This document shows, piece after piece, positions 26,810 through 39,100 of a DNA stretch of 64,000 nt. A program made the position numbers and the translations under genes. The notes under the pieces were generated by a model. It was not told the DNA's origin and did no database searches. It worked only from the letters and a program-made list of their open reading frames with translations. Source of the stretch: an uncultured virus (IMG/VR IMGVR_UViG_3300024346_000043) (Duplodnaviria > Heunggongvirae > Uroviricota > Caudoviricetes); the IMG/VR virus record IMGVR_UViG_3300024346_000043; one strand, written 5' to 3'. Numbering within the stretch: the first letter of the stretch is position 1; each line of letters starts with the position of its first letter.

Positions 26810-29800
26810 TTATCTGTTAGCAAGTTTAAATGCTGGAGGTGTAAACGTACCCGTATAACGAGCAGCATCTTTGGTTATACGGAAGTCTTCTATGTAACCA
26901 TGCCACAAATTACTTGTACCGTAGTATCCACCAACTGCTAAACTTGTATTAGGATAAGCAGTTGTATCTGCGATAGAACCTGCTGTACCTATACTTGTTT
27001 CTAGCACACCGTTAATATACAATTTAGTTACTCCACTTAACCGAACAAGTGCAACGTGTGACCATGCACCAACTGTTAACTTATTAGTGGATGTATTATA
27101 ATAAGTTCCATTTGCATATATCTCTACTCCAGTAGTTGAAACAAATCCTATACCAAGAGTAGTAGATACTGAAGCTTGCAGTCCACCAGCAGTTGCAGAT
27201 ACTTGAAATATTCCGCGAGTTGTTCCACTTGAAAGTGGACATACCCACGCTTCTATAGTAAAATCTTTAGCACTACCAATGCCATATGAAGCATTTAGTG
27301 GAGTGTACATGTAATCACCAGTACCATCAAAATACATACTTGTTTGAGTATTGCGTTTAAACGGGTTAACTGAACGGACTACTACGTCACCAGTACGAGT
27401 AATTGCGAGGTTATTAACCGAGTTATCAATAAAACGGTTTGATTGGCAGGTTAATAGTTGAGTATTTGTAGTTGGTGTTGCTGGAACAGTGGGCACCGTT
27501 TGAGTAGCAACTCCAGTGCCTTTAACAACTTTAAAATTAGATATCCAACCATTAAAAGGGATATCTGTTATAGTTGTAAATCTGCAACCAAGTCGAATTG
27601 TTCCACTTACATAGTTATTTGCATCCGTATACGTTGAACCAATTTGTGTACCATCAACAAATAAACGAGTTAATCCAGATACTTTGCTTAGAGTTAGATA
27701 GTGCCAAGTATTTTTAGCTGTATCGGTACCAGTAATTACAGTGGAACTATTTACATAAACCGAATATGCACCAGAAGCATAGTAAACAGTAAGACCTGTA
27801 GCACTGCCTGTGCGAGTATCAAACAAATATCCAGATGTAGATATTGCGTTATACCAAAAACTATATTCCCAATCTCCGGTACCAAAAGCCAATGCAGTAG
27901 AACTTGGAGTATCAAGGTAATCACCAGTACCATCAAAGTAATTTGAATAGTAAGTAGTGTTATAAGCACTTTCAGTAATTAATCTAGCATCACCAACGGT
28001 TTCAGCAGGACGACTTGATGTAGCATCAACAATTGGTGCTTTGTCCATGTCCATTTGTAAAACTGTGTTTTTGTTTGCAACAGGTGGTTGAGTTGGAGGA
28101 GAGAACGCTTGAAGATAAAGTGCTTCGCCTTTTATAACACGAAGGTTTGAAATGTAACCCACAAAAGGATATGATCCATCTGTAGCACCTGCACCTATTG
28201 CTAGTCCATGATTATTAGTTACTAATGTAGGAACAGAAGTAAAGTTTTGGTCAAGTTTACCGTTTACATAAGAAGAAATTGTTGTACCATTTTTAACTAC
28301 AGCAATATGTGTCCACCAACCAGGTGTTACTGGGGTTACGCCGTCAACTGCACTAGCATTATAACTCCAACTAGAACCATTGCTTGATCCAAGTATTAGT
28401 AATTTTTGATTTCTATAAGCAATAGTCACTGGTCCGTATATACCGGCACCTGTACGTTTACCAATAATATGGCCTTCAGTAGTTGCAGTAGGATTAACCC
28501 AACACTCAATAGTCCAACGATCTGAATTAAGATCTAGTGCGGGATTATGTGGAACAGTTAACCAATCACCAGTTCCGTCAAAAAATGCTGAACCAACTTT
28601 GGTTTGAGGAGTAAATTGAGTTCCAGTAGTTACAGTAAATCCAAATGGATTTGCTAGTGCAGGCATTGCATTACCAAAAGCCGTTATGGCATAAGCATTT
28701 TGAGAATTGTCTTTGAGGGTAGCGTCTTGACAAGTTAACAGTGTTGTGTTTGCTGTGCTTGTTAGTGGTATCGTCGGAACTGTTAGTCCTGCGCCAGTAT
28801 ATACCGCAGTATTATTAACCATGCGTAAATTACTAATATAGCCTAAAAACGGTGTGTTCCAAGGAGTATAAGCGTCACCAACCATAGTAGCAGTAGCTGT
28901 GTTATTAATTTGCCAAGTAGATCCTATTGGATTTGCGCTATTATAAGCAACGCCATTAATATAAAAAGTAACTACTCCACTTACACAACTAACAGCAATA
29001 TGTGTCCATGTGTTTAAGGCAACTAAACCAGCACCAGAATTAATTGCAGGTGGTACATTATTTCCTGCAATATATCCGTTTATGGCTAGTTGTCCTGTAG
29101 CACTTATGCTAAGATGCCATCCAGTATAAGATGCGCCAATATTTAAACAACCACATATAATACGACTAGTAGCACTGTTTACATAAATCCAAGCTTCTAT
29201 GCTACCACCACCACTACCACTTGGAGCCATAAGATTCCAACCAGGTGTGCTTGTTGATACTGCAGTACTTAAGTAATCGCCTGTACCGTCAAAGTAATTT
29301 GAATAACTAATAGGTAATTTTGGAGAGTCTGCAGTATTAAATTTACTAAACTTTTCTGCACGAAAATTATTAACACTAGCGTATTCATGAGTATACCTAA
29401 CTCCTTTGTCATCAGCAAAGTTTGTAAACTTGTCGTCTTGAGCAGTTAGTATAACTGTACCTGCAATAGGTGTTAGAGGCTGAGTTGGCATTGTTAATGA
29501 AGCACCTGTATAAAGTGCAGTACCATTAACTAAACGCATATCACTGATATAACCATTAAAACCAGAAGGAGCTGCAGTACCGTTACCTCCACCAATTATA
29601 CCATTTAAATTAGCTACAGCAGGATAGAAAACAAGTGTTCCGCTTGGACCACTGTTAGCGTCATATTGTACATAACTATGAACAATAGAATTAAGATTAG
29701 CATTTATGCCTTTTACACCATCCATATACATATGCCATTGATTGCTTGAATCGCGACACATAGCAAGATGATGCCAAGTATTTAGTGTTGGGTAACCAAA

Positions 29801-32800
29801 ATTTGTGGCATATAGAAAGTTACTACCATATCCACTAGTACCTGTTCGTATAAAACAAAAACCAGGATTATAACTAGTACTAGCTCCATTTGTAGTGTCC
29901 AAAATGGCAATACCCCAATCGGTTGAATAAGCCCAACCATTTGGACTACCCATCATACAATGTCTGCCACCAGCAGTTAAATAAACCCAGCACTCAAAAG
30001 TAAACGCGCCCGGAAGATTTATGCTTCCGCTGTTAACATTACCTGTTTTTGAATATAAGCCATTAGGTAATAAATAACCACTACCGCCACCGCCATTAAA
30101 ATACATGCTATGTCCACTACCGTACGGGCTAAATGAACTTTGTGAGACATTTCCTGAACGAGTAGCTAGCCATGCACCTGGTCCGTTATCAACGGCCATG
30201 CTGTTGTTTGTGGGTTGCCATGTTTGGCATGTTAATAATTGTGTGTTTGCGACAGCTGTTAGTGGTTGAGTTGGTACGTCAAAGTTAGCTGTATAAATAC
30301 ATGTACCATTTATTAATCTAAAATCGTTAACATAACCAGTCATTAAATAACTAGTACTTATACCTCCACCTATTGAAATATATGTTCCTGTAATACTACC
30401 TGCAACAGCTGTGGGTGTTGAAACTAAAACGCCATTTACATAAACACGTACACTGCCGCTTTGTCGCACAATGGCTGTATGAAACCACTGATTTAAAGGA
30501 GGCGTATATGTTGTAAAAATACTAGTACCAATAATATATAATGAAAGTACTTGACCGGTACCGGGGGATGATCTTGTTAGCAGAATTCCAGTAGTATATG
30601 TTGTTTTAAGCCCGCCTACTGTATCTGAAGTTTGAAAATATGCATTCTCACCGTTAAGTCCTGAATGTGCGGTCAAATAAGAGTAATATTCAACAGTAAA
30701 ATCACTTGTGCCAATAGCAGGAATACCCGTAGTTAAATAATCTCCAGTACCATCAAAGTAGGTACTGCCTACAGTAGCTAATGCAACTGAGTTAGTTGTT
30801 TGTGTAAATGGACTGTGTGCCACAGGGCGTGCGTCGCCAAAACTTGTAACCACCGATGCGTTTGTGGAATTGTCACGCAGAGTAGAACTCTGGCAAAGTA
30901 GTAATTGAGTGTTTGTAACTGCTGTTAATGGTGTGGTTGATGGTGTAAAACTGGCAGTATAAGGTGTACTGCCAACTGTTAAGCGGACATTTGAAATATA
31001 ACCATTAAAATAAGCAGCTCCTAACGCACGTGTGGGTGCATATCCTACCTCAAAGTTTCGGCTAGGAAATGTTGGACTAGCAGCTACTTGACTACTAACA
31101 GTACCGTTTAAACCATAGTACCAAGTAGCAGTTCCTGACGTAGTTACTCCGCGACCAACATAAAAATAGTTCCAAGTATTAGCAATGGGTGTGCCAATAT
31201 TAACATTATTAAGTGGAAATGCTCCTGCATTGTCTTGTACAGTAAACTCTACTTTACCAGACTGTACAGCAAAAAATAAACTATTATTGCTATTAAAACC
31301 CAATGAAACAATATATTTACCTACAGATACGTCGGATGTATAAAACCAACCTTCTATGCCAAATTCTGCGGTGCCAATGGCGGCTGGTGTAGCACTTATA
31401 TAATCGCCTGTACCATCAAAGTACGTGCTGTATCTAGTGTTTATGTTAGCAGTTGCAGGAACGCCAAATGGGTTGAAGGGTTGTACGGTTGGTGTACCTG
31501 TACGAGTAACTGCGTAATTGTTTATACCAGCATCAACAAAACGATTAGCTTGGCACGTTAATAGAGTTGTACCACTGATTGCGGCTAGTGGCGTTGTTGA
31601 AGGTGTAAAGTTAGCTGTGTAAACGGCAGTTCCGTTTACAATGCGTAAGTTACTTATATTACCATTAAATCCACCTGATGCGCCGGGATCGCGTCCAATA
31701 TAAGTAGTTTCTGCAGCACCTACAGTTCCAGAATCTGTATAAGTTGCCGCATCAGCAACACCATTAATATAAATTTTAGCAACACCGGAACTACGCACTA
31801 ATGCTACGTGTGTCCATGCGTTTAATGGAACAGTAAGAGATGTTGTTATTCTTACTGCTGCTGGTGTATAGTAAACAACTTGATTACTAGTATTAATCCA
31901 TAATTCCCAAGTTTGTCCGATAATAACACCACTGTTTGGTAAACTTGTTAAGTAAACCCAACATTCTACTGTGAAATTAGCAGCCATTGCTTGGATTGTT
32001 GTTTGGATATAGTTTGTTTGTCCTGAGCTAAATTGATTGGAATAGTAACCAGCTTGATAAGGATTTTGTTTGCTAGGGCGAGTATCGCCTACTATGGTAA
32101 CTAAATTATTGTTGTTACTAGCATCAGACACAAAATGATCTACACCACTTGTAGCAGTGCCTTGAAATAAAACTGTGGTTTGTGGCCAGTATAAATCGCC
32201 TTGTACGCTAATAGACCAAGTAAAATTAATTTGTGCAGTACGTGAGGTAGCAATTGTTGTACCAGTTAGTGTAGCACTGGTATTACCAATGGTAGTTGGC
32301 GTGCCTGTAAATATATCACCGGCAAGTGCCATGCCGGGAGGAGTATTAGTAGCTGAATAAGCTACGTTAGTGCCTGTGCCTGTGGCGGTTGTAACTGGAA
32401 TCGTTGTTGCAACGCCTTGAAAAGCACTTAATGTACTACCTTGTGTTGGATTAGTCCATGTAATAATGTCAGGATTAATAGTTAGTGAAAATTGACGAAT
32501 TCCGTCTTGTTGTTGACCGTCAGTTGCACGAACTGTAAATGTATAAGTAGTTGAAGCGGCAGTAGCAGAACTACTGCCGCTGATAATACCAGACGCACTG
32601 TTTAGTGTAATACCAGGAGGTAAAGTTCCGCTTTGTAAGTAGTAAGTAATAGCAGAATCACTAGTAGCAGTAGTAATAGCACTAACTGCTTGTGTTTCAT
32701 ACAAAGTACCCAAGGTACCGGCTGCTGTGGAGAATACAGGTAATGCAGAATACTGAATACCAGGAGCCGCAATAGCAGTACCACCATTAGTGTTTACTAC

Positions 32801-33103
32801 ATACAATATATAGCTACCAGCTGCAATAGCTGGTGCTGTGAATGTAAGCTGAGTTGTTGACACAACTGTTACAACACTTGCAGTTACTCCGTTAATGATA
32901 ACCTGAGCGCCATTGGCAAAGTTATTACCTGTTAAGGTAATAGTTTGCCCGCCAGCTGGATCAGTTGCTGTATCGTCTCCTGGATAAGCAATACTAGCAA
33001 TAGTAGGGGTTGAATCATATCCCCCCGATATTTTGGTATTACTTAATTGACCACTAGCATCTACGCCTTGTGCTAATTTAGCTAAATATTTTGCGATACT
33101 CAT
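26810..33103 (-). CDS. Giant lectin-like protein: IPT/TIG + Ig-like domains + eight LamG/ConA-like modules
   Basis: Eight modules opening with YFDGTGDY-like motifs, with FTxExW, WxHxAxxR and GYISNxR cores. Confidence 0.85.
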   Translation of the reverse strand: MSIAKYLAKLAQGVDASGQLSNTKISGGYDSTPTIASIAYPGDDTATDPAGGQTITLTGNNFANGAQVIINGVTASVVTVVSTTQLTFTAPAIAAGSYILYVVNTNGGTAIAAPGIQYSALPVFSTAAGTLGTLYETQAVSAITTATSDSAITYYLQSGTLPPGITLNSASGIISGSSSATAASTTYTFTVRATDGQQQDGIRQFSLTINPDIITWTNPTQGSTLSAFQGVATTIPVTTATGTGTNVAYSATNTPPGMALAGDIFTGTPTTIGNTSATLTGTTIATSRTAQINFTWSISVQGDLYWPQTTVLFQGTATSGVDHFVSDASNNNNLVTIVGDTRPSKQNPYQAGYYSNQFSSGQTNYIQTTIQAMAANFTVECWVYLTSLPNSGVIIGQTWELWINTSNQVVYYTPAAVRITTSLTVPLNAWTHVALVRSSGVAKIYINGVADAATYTDSGTVGAAETTYIGRDPGASGGFNGNISNLRIVNGTAVYTANFTPSTTPLAAISGTTLLTCQANRFVDAGINNYAVTRTGTPTVQPFNPFGVPATANINTRYSTYFDGTGDYISATPAAIGTAEFGIEGWFYTSDVSVGKYIVSLGFNSNNSLFFAVQSGKVEFTVQDNAGAFPLNNVNIGTPIANTWNYFYVGRGVTTSGTATWYYGLNGTVSSQVAASPTFPSRNFEVGYAPTRALGAAYFNGYISNVRLTVGSTPYTASFTPSTTPLTAVTNTQLLLCQSSTLRDNSTNASVVTSFGDARPVAHSPFTQTTNSVALATVGSTYFDGTGDYLTTGIPAIGTSDFTVEYYSYLTAHSGLNGENAYFQTSDTVGGLKTTYTTGILLTRSSPGTGQVLSLYIIGTSIFTTYTPPLNQWFHTAIVRQSGSVRVYVNGVLVSTPTAVAGSITGTYISIGGGISTSYLMTGYVNDFRLINGTCIYTANFDVPTQPLTAVANTQLLTCQTWQPTNNSMAVDNGPGAWLATRSGNVSQSSFSPYGSGHSMYFNGGGGSGYLLPNGLYSKTGNVNSGSINLPGAFTFECWVYLTAGGRHCMMGSPNGWAYSTDWGIAILDTTNGASTSYNPGFCFIRTGTSGYGSNFLYATNFGYPTLNTWHHLAMCRDSSNQWHMYMDGVKGINANLNSIVHSYVQYDANSGPSGTLVFYPAVANLNGIIGGGNGTAAPSGFNGYISDMRLVNGTALYTGASLTMPTQPLTPIAGTVILTAQDDKFTNFADDKGVRYTHEYASVNNFRAEKFSKFNTADSPKLPISYSNYFDGTGDYLSTAVSTSTPGWNLMAPSGSGGGSIEAWIYVNSATSRIICGCLNIGASYTGWHLSISATGQLAINGYIAGNNVPPAINSGAGLVALNTWTHIAVSCVSGVVTFYINGVAYNSANPIGSTWQINNTATATMVGDAYTPWNTPFLGYISNLRMVNNTAVYTGAGLTVPTIPLTSTANTTLLTCQDATLKDNSQNAYAITAFGNAMPALANPFGFTVTTGTQFTPQTKVGSAFFDGTGDWLTVPHNPALDLNSDRWTIECWVNPTATTEGHIIGKRTGAGIYGPVTIAYRNQKLLILGSSNGSSWSYNASAVDGVTPVTPGWWTHIAVVKNGTTISSYVNGKLDQNFTSVPTLVTNNHGLAIGAGATDGSYPFVGYISNLRVIKGEALYLQAFSPPTQPPVANKNTVLQMDMDKAPIVDATSSRPAETVGDARLITESAYNTTYYSNYFDGTGDYLDTPSSTALAFGTGDWEYSFWYNAISTSGYLFDTRTGSATGLTVYYASGAYSVYVNSSTVITGTDTAKNTWHYLTLSKVSGLTRLFVDGTQIGSTYTDANNYVSGTIRLGCRFTTITDIPFNGWISNFKVVKGTGVATQTVPTVPATPTTNTQLLTCQSNRFIDNSVNNLAITRTGDVVVRSVNPFKRNTQTSMYFDGTGDYMYTPLNASYGIGSAKDFTIEAWVCPLSSGTTRGIFQVSATAGGLQASVSTTLGIGFVSTTGVEIYANGTYYNTSTNKLTVGAWSHVALVRLSGVTKLYINGVLETSIGTAGSIADTTAYPNTSLAVGGYYGTSNLWHGYIEDFRITKDAARYTGTFTPPAFKLANR

Positions 33104-33112
33104 TGATATTCC

Positions 33113-36100
33113 TTAATTAGATGGCCACTTTGTTGAGGGCGGAGTAAAGTTGGCGGTATAGCGGGCATATCTGGTAATTCTTAAATCGTCAATATACCCA
33201 GTCATGTAAGTAGTGGATACATCAACACCAATATAAATGCCGTTTTGGCCCCAATTATTAGTATCTGCCCCGGAAGCACCTTCTACCCCATTTATAAAAA
33301 TTTTAGTAACTCCGCTTGATCTACATACTGCAATATGCGCCCATGTATTTAATGGAACTGCAATTGAACTTGTTAGAACAGTACCAACACCATAGTTTTC
33401 ATAAAGTAAGAAATTGGAAGCATTAAAATATATAATAGGTGCGTTTGTTGTTGCATAAGAAAGTAGTCTATTTGTTGTAGAACTATTATATGCCCACATT
33501 TCAATAGTAAAATTGCTAGTACCTAACGCGTGTTGGGCACTACTTGGAATTTTTAAAGAATCACCAGTACCATCAAAATACATACTTGTTTTAGTATTAC
33601 GTTGAAATGGGTTAAATGAACGAACTGAAACATCACCATTACGTGTTAATGCAAAAGTACCAATTGAATTATCTTTAAAAGTATTTGATTGACAAGTTAA
33701 TAACACTGTGTTTGTAATTGCTGTTAATGGAGCAGTTGGCACAGTATAGTTTGTAGTATATGCCAGTGACCCTTTTAAAATCCTGAAATTTGAAATATAT
33801 CCGTGAAACTCAGAAGTATAAGTAGTAGAACCACAACCTCCTATTTGCGTAGGTTGCCAGTACGCTGTTTGTGAAGAAAAATCTTGTGCTGTAAATGTAT
33901 TTAGTAATAGTCCATTTGCAAACAATTTAACAGTACTACTAGCTGCTGTGGTAGCATCAACGGTTACAGCAATATGATTCCACTGACCGTGAGTAATAGG
34001 AAATACGGTAGTTGTTACACCTGTTTGTGAACCACTGCTGATAGTCCATCCAAATATTAATTGAGTAGTTGCATTAGCCGTTTTATCAAAACCAATATAC
34101 CAACGTCCATTTGCTGCAACTGCTGCATATGCTCCTGCAATCATTTGTGCATTTGCATTAAAGTTATGGTTTTGTGGAAATACCCAGCACTCAAAAGAAA
34201 GAATATTGCCTGCAAAACCTGTGCCCATTGCGGTACTTAGACCTGCGGGGGTAGAAAACGTATCACCACTACCATCAAAATAATTTGAATAATAACCGCC
34301 GTTATAGGCACTTTCGTTATTAATCTTAGTATCAGCAACAGTTTCTAGATTAACTGACTTGGTATAATCTACAAGAGCACCTTTGTCCATGTTGAGCAGG
34401 AGTGTGGTAGCTGTTGTAGCTGTTAGTGGTGCTTGTGGTGGTACGAAGTTTGAGGTGTATATTGCTGTGCCTTTAACTAATCTAACATCGCTTATATAAC
34501 CTAAATAAGGAAGTATGTATGATCCTGAATTTAAAGCACCAATGTAAAAAGGTGAGGAAACTCCGGCAGACCAAGTAGTTGCTGCGCTGCCAGCTAATAT
34601 ACCATTTTTGTACAGTTTACTAGTCGTGCCGTCATGAGTAACAGCAACATGCGTCCATGTATTAATTGATATAGGAGTTGTGATTGTAGTGCCGCTAGTG
34701 TATGAGTACAAAATTAGATTTGCAGTACCCATTTCTATTCGCCAACCTTCAGGATATGTACCGGATGTCGATACTAGAGCTCGACCATCATTAAAACCAC
34801 CACCGACTGCATATGCAGTAGGATACATCCAAAATTCTACAGTAAATGCAACTGTACTGGCAAATGAGATGTTTGTATTGGTAGGTATTGTTAACCAATC
34901 CCCAGTACCATCAAAATATGCTGAACTACCGTATAACGCAGGAGTATATGCTGAACCTTGTGTGTTTGTGTAACCAAATGGATTGAACGCACGAAGTCTT
35001 GGCTCGTTAACTGTGGTAATAGCAAATGCGTTTGTTGAGTTATCAACAAATGTAGTTGATTGGCAAGTTAATAATTGAGTATTTGCTATTGCTGTTAATG
35101 GGGTTATTGAAGGAGTAAATGTTGTTGTGTAAACTGCTGTTCCGTTAACTACACGTACATTTGAAATGTACCCCTGCATAGAATTTGAACCTCTTGAATA
35201 TCCACTTGTACCAATTGTTGGAGCAAGTGCTCCATTTAAATAGCTATTAGTATCTGTTGCAGTTCCAGCTTGAGCACCATTTATAAATAATTTAGTAGTA
35301 GTTCCTGATCTTGAAACCGCTAAATGATTCCAAGTATTAAGTGTTATTGCTGTTCCAGTAATTGTTAAAGCATTAACATTCCAATTAACAATTCCTGCTG
35401 TATCGTAATAAAAAATTCCGTAAGCTCCACTTGTATTTCCGGGCCTACTGTCATAAAACACAACATTTGCTGAAAATGACGTTGCATATACCCACATTTC
35501 AACCGTAAAATTGTTACTACCAAAAGCAAAATTAGCTTGACCATTAAGTGCTAAATAATCACCACTATTGACGTTGGCCCATGACCCATCAAAATACCCA
35601 CTATAAGTCTGTGGCGTTTGAATCGTTGCACCGTATGGTGAAAAGCGTTGTGTTTTTGTATCACCAACGTTTGACACAACATTATTCTTTGCACTATTAT
35701 CAACAAATCCAGCTGATTGGCAAGTTAATAGTACTGTATTTGTAACAGGTGTTAATGGAGTGATTTGTGGAATAAAATTAGCTGTGTAAAGAGCAGTGCC
35801 GTTTACAATACGTAAATTTGAAATGTAACCGTTAACTGGACTATAAGTGTCGTTCCTTCTACCAATATACCCAGCTAAATTTTGACCAATTGTGCCTGAT
35901 ATAGTTGATGTTAACTGAACTACACCATTTATAAATAGTTTTTGCGTTGTACCGCTTCTTGAAGCTGCAACATGAATCCAATTATTTGTTGTAATAAGAC
36001 CAGTTGCAGTTAATACATTAGCAAAATAGAAGCGACCATCAGATGCGTAACCAAACTGGTCAGCGGAACCCGAACCGCCAGTGCCAAATATTAATCCATC

Positions 36101-39100
36101 TGTTAACACAGTAACATAAATCCAAGCCTCAAGAGTGTAATCACCAGTAAATTGCCACTGTGTGCCCGCAGTTACAGTTATCCAATCTCCAGTACCATCA
36201 AAGTAAGTTGACCAATTAGCTCCATACGGTGCAAATGTGCCTTGAGTTGTATTACCAAAACGGGTAATTGGGTTGCTTGCTGAAGAATTATCAACAAATT
36301 GTGAATTATTTGGTGCTTGTGAAGTTTGGAAAAGTAATGCTTGAGTGCTATTAACTGCGGTTAGTGGCGCAGTAGGCGGTGCAAAAGGTGTAGTATAAAT
36401 TGCAGTACCTTTAGTAATACGATAATTACTAATGTAACCTGTGCCGCCTTGACCGCCATCATAACCATTACCCATTATAAATGGTCTATTTCCTTGTGAA
36501 GGCATAGTTAAAGTATCTGCGTAAGTACTACCGCCCTGAACACCATTTACGTATATTCTGGTTTGGCTATTAGACTTAACTAAAGCTACGTGATTCCATT
36601 GTCGCAAAGGAGCAAGTCCTGTTGCAGACATAATAAGTGTTACATTACCTTGATATGTTATATAACTAACAGAAGCATCAGCATTTATATTAAACTGTAT
36701 TCTGTTTGTAGGAGTTGCAAGTCCACCAGGACATGTGTCCATAATACAAAAACCAGTAGTAGTATAAATCCAAGCTTCAACAGTGTAATTGCCATTGCCA
36801 AAATTTACAACATTACCGTCTCCAGCAATATATGCTGCGTCTCCAGTACCGTCAAAGTAAGTGCTACCAACGCTATTTAAACTTATTGTACTAGTTGTTT
36901 GGGTAAATGGACTTTGTGCAACTAAACGGGCAGTACCAACATTAGTAATAGTAAGTGCGCTAGCTGAGTTGTCTTTAATCGTTGCGTCTTGGAAAGTTAA
37001 TAAACTTGTACCCGCAATTGCTGTTAAGTTGGCGGTTGCAGGAGTAAAGTTACTGGTGTAAACAGCCGTGCCTTTAACAACACGAAAATTTGATAAATAA
37101 CCATTAATATTATAACCAGTAGAAACATGCGTGTATCCACCAATTGTAGGCACATAACTTGTGTTTGAAAAATCAGTAGCGTTTGCGGTAGGTGTGCCAC
37201 CAACACCGTTTAAGTATACAGTTACTGTACCACTTACACGGCAAACTGCGGCATGATTCCAAGTACCAGCCGTAAATAAATTTGAGCCACTAACTATCTC
37301 AGTACCACCGCCACTTCCTACTCCAGTAAAAGTTATTTTTCCGGTGAGTACCGAACCAGATGATTGAGGACCCATAACGAAATAATTTGTTCCACTTACT
37401 GTTTGTGAAAATATAATTCTTATAGAAGATCCCGTCATATCAGGTACAAAAAACCAACATTCTACTGTAAAATCTCCTGTACCGTACGCAAAAGCAGTAC
37501 CTGCTGGAACTGTTAATCTTGAATCAGTTGCACTAGTAAGATAAGCGCTATACAGATTATTTGTAGTAGCGGTTGCAGGCACACCAAATGGGTTAAATTG
37601 TTGAATTGAAGGTGTACCTGCAGTTGTAATTGCAAAGTTATTAGGACCAGCATCCCTAAACTGATTTGATTGACAAGTTAATAAAGTAGTACCACTAATT
37701 GCTGTTAATGGAGTTGTTGAAGGCGTAAAGTTGGCGGTGTATACAGCTGTGCCTTTTACTATGCGAACATTTGATATACTACCTCCCCAATATGAGGAGG
37801 CTGCTTGACCAGTTTGAAATCCTATACATACTACTTTACCACCATCAGTAACAGTACTAGTTTGTGTTGCAGATGCAACATTAACACCATTCTGATATAC
37901 AGTTAATGTTGTACCGGATCTAACACCCGCTACATGAGTCCATGTATTAATAGGAAAAGTTGTTGAAGCTGGGGTAATAGTTTGTATAGAAGATGTACCG
38001 TTACCACTACCTACAACAAATGTTATTTTATTAGAAGCAATAGCTATTGCATATGAGGGATAAGAACTACCACTAACACCATCTTTATTAACGATTTCAG
38101 CCGATGCGTTTGCACCTGACCAATATACCCAGGCTTCAATTGTAAAATCACCAGATGATAAATTTAATTGTGTGTTATGTGGTATAGTTAAATAATCACC
38201 AGAACCATTAAACTGATTTGAATAATACCCTGCTTGATAAGGATTAAAATTGCTAGTACGCGTATCTCCAATACGTACAAGCTGATTATTTAATATTAAA
38301 TAATCACTAAGAGAGCTATCCGCAGTTGAAGTTCCTGACAACAATAAAGCAGTATTTTTCCAGTATAAGTCGCCACTAACAGTAACGCTCCAGTTAAAAG
38401 TAATTTGAGTACTTTTATTAGTGTTAGCAGTAGTTGCTGTTAATGTAGTTGAACTTGTGCCTACACTGGCAGCAGTTCCTGTAATTGTACTACCGCTTAG
38501 TGTAAGTCCTGCGGGTAAAGTGTTTGCGCTATAGCTTGATATAGCATTGCCTGCGCTACCTATAGCGCTTAAATTAATTGTATTATAAAGATTTGAGTAA
38601 GCAAGTACAGTACCACCGTTTGTGGGATTTGAAAAAGTTACTATTTCAGGATTAATTACAATACTAAACTGACGATCTGTATCTTGTAGTTCTGTGTCAG
38701 TTGCACGTACTGTAAATGTATAAGTTGTGGGACTAGCTGTAATTGCACTAGTTCCGGAAATTGTGCCGTTGGAGTTAAAAACAGCTCCAGGGGGTAGTGT
38801 TCCACTTAGTACGCTAAGGGTAACTGCGCTATTACTTGTAGCACTCAGTGATGCGCTAATTGCTGTTGTTTCTGTAATAGTAGCAACAGTACCTGCGGCC
38901 GTTGACCAAGCAGGTACTCCGCTATATGAAATACCGGGCACCGCAATTGCAGTGCTTCCATCAGCATTAACCATATACAACACATACGTACCCGCTGCCA
39001 TAGCAGGGGTAGTAAATGTTATTGTACTTGCGCTAACAACTGATACAACTGGTGCAGCAACACCATTTATGAGTATTGTAGCATTTGCAGCAAAATTTGC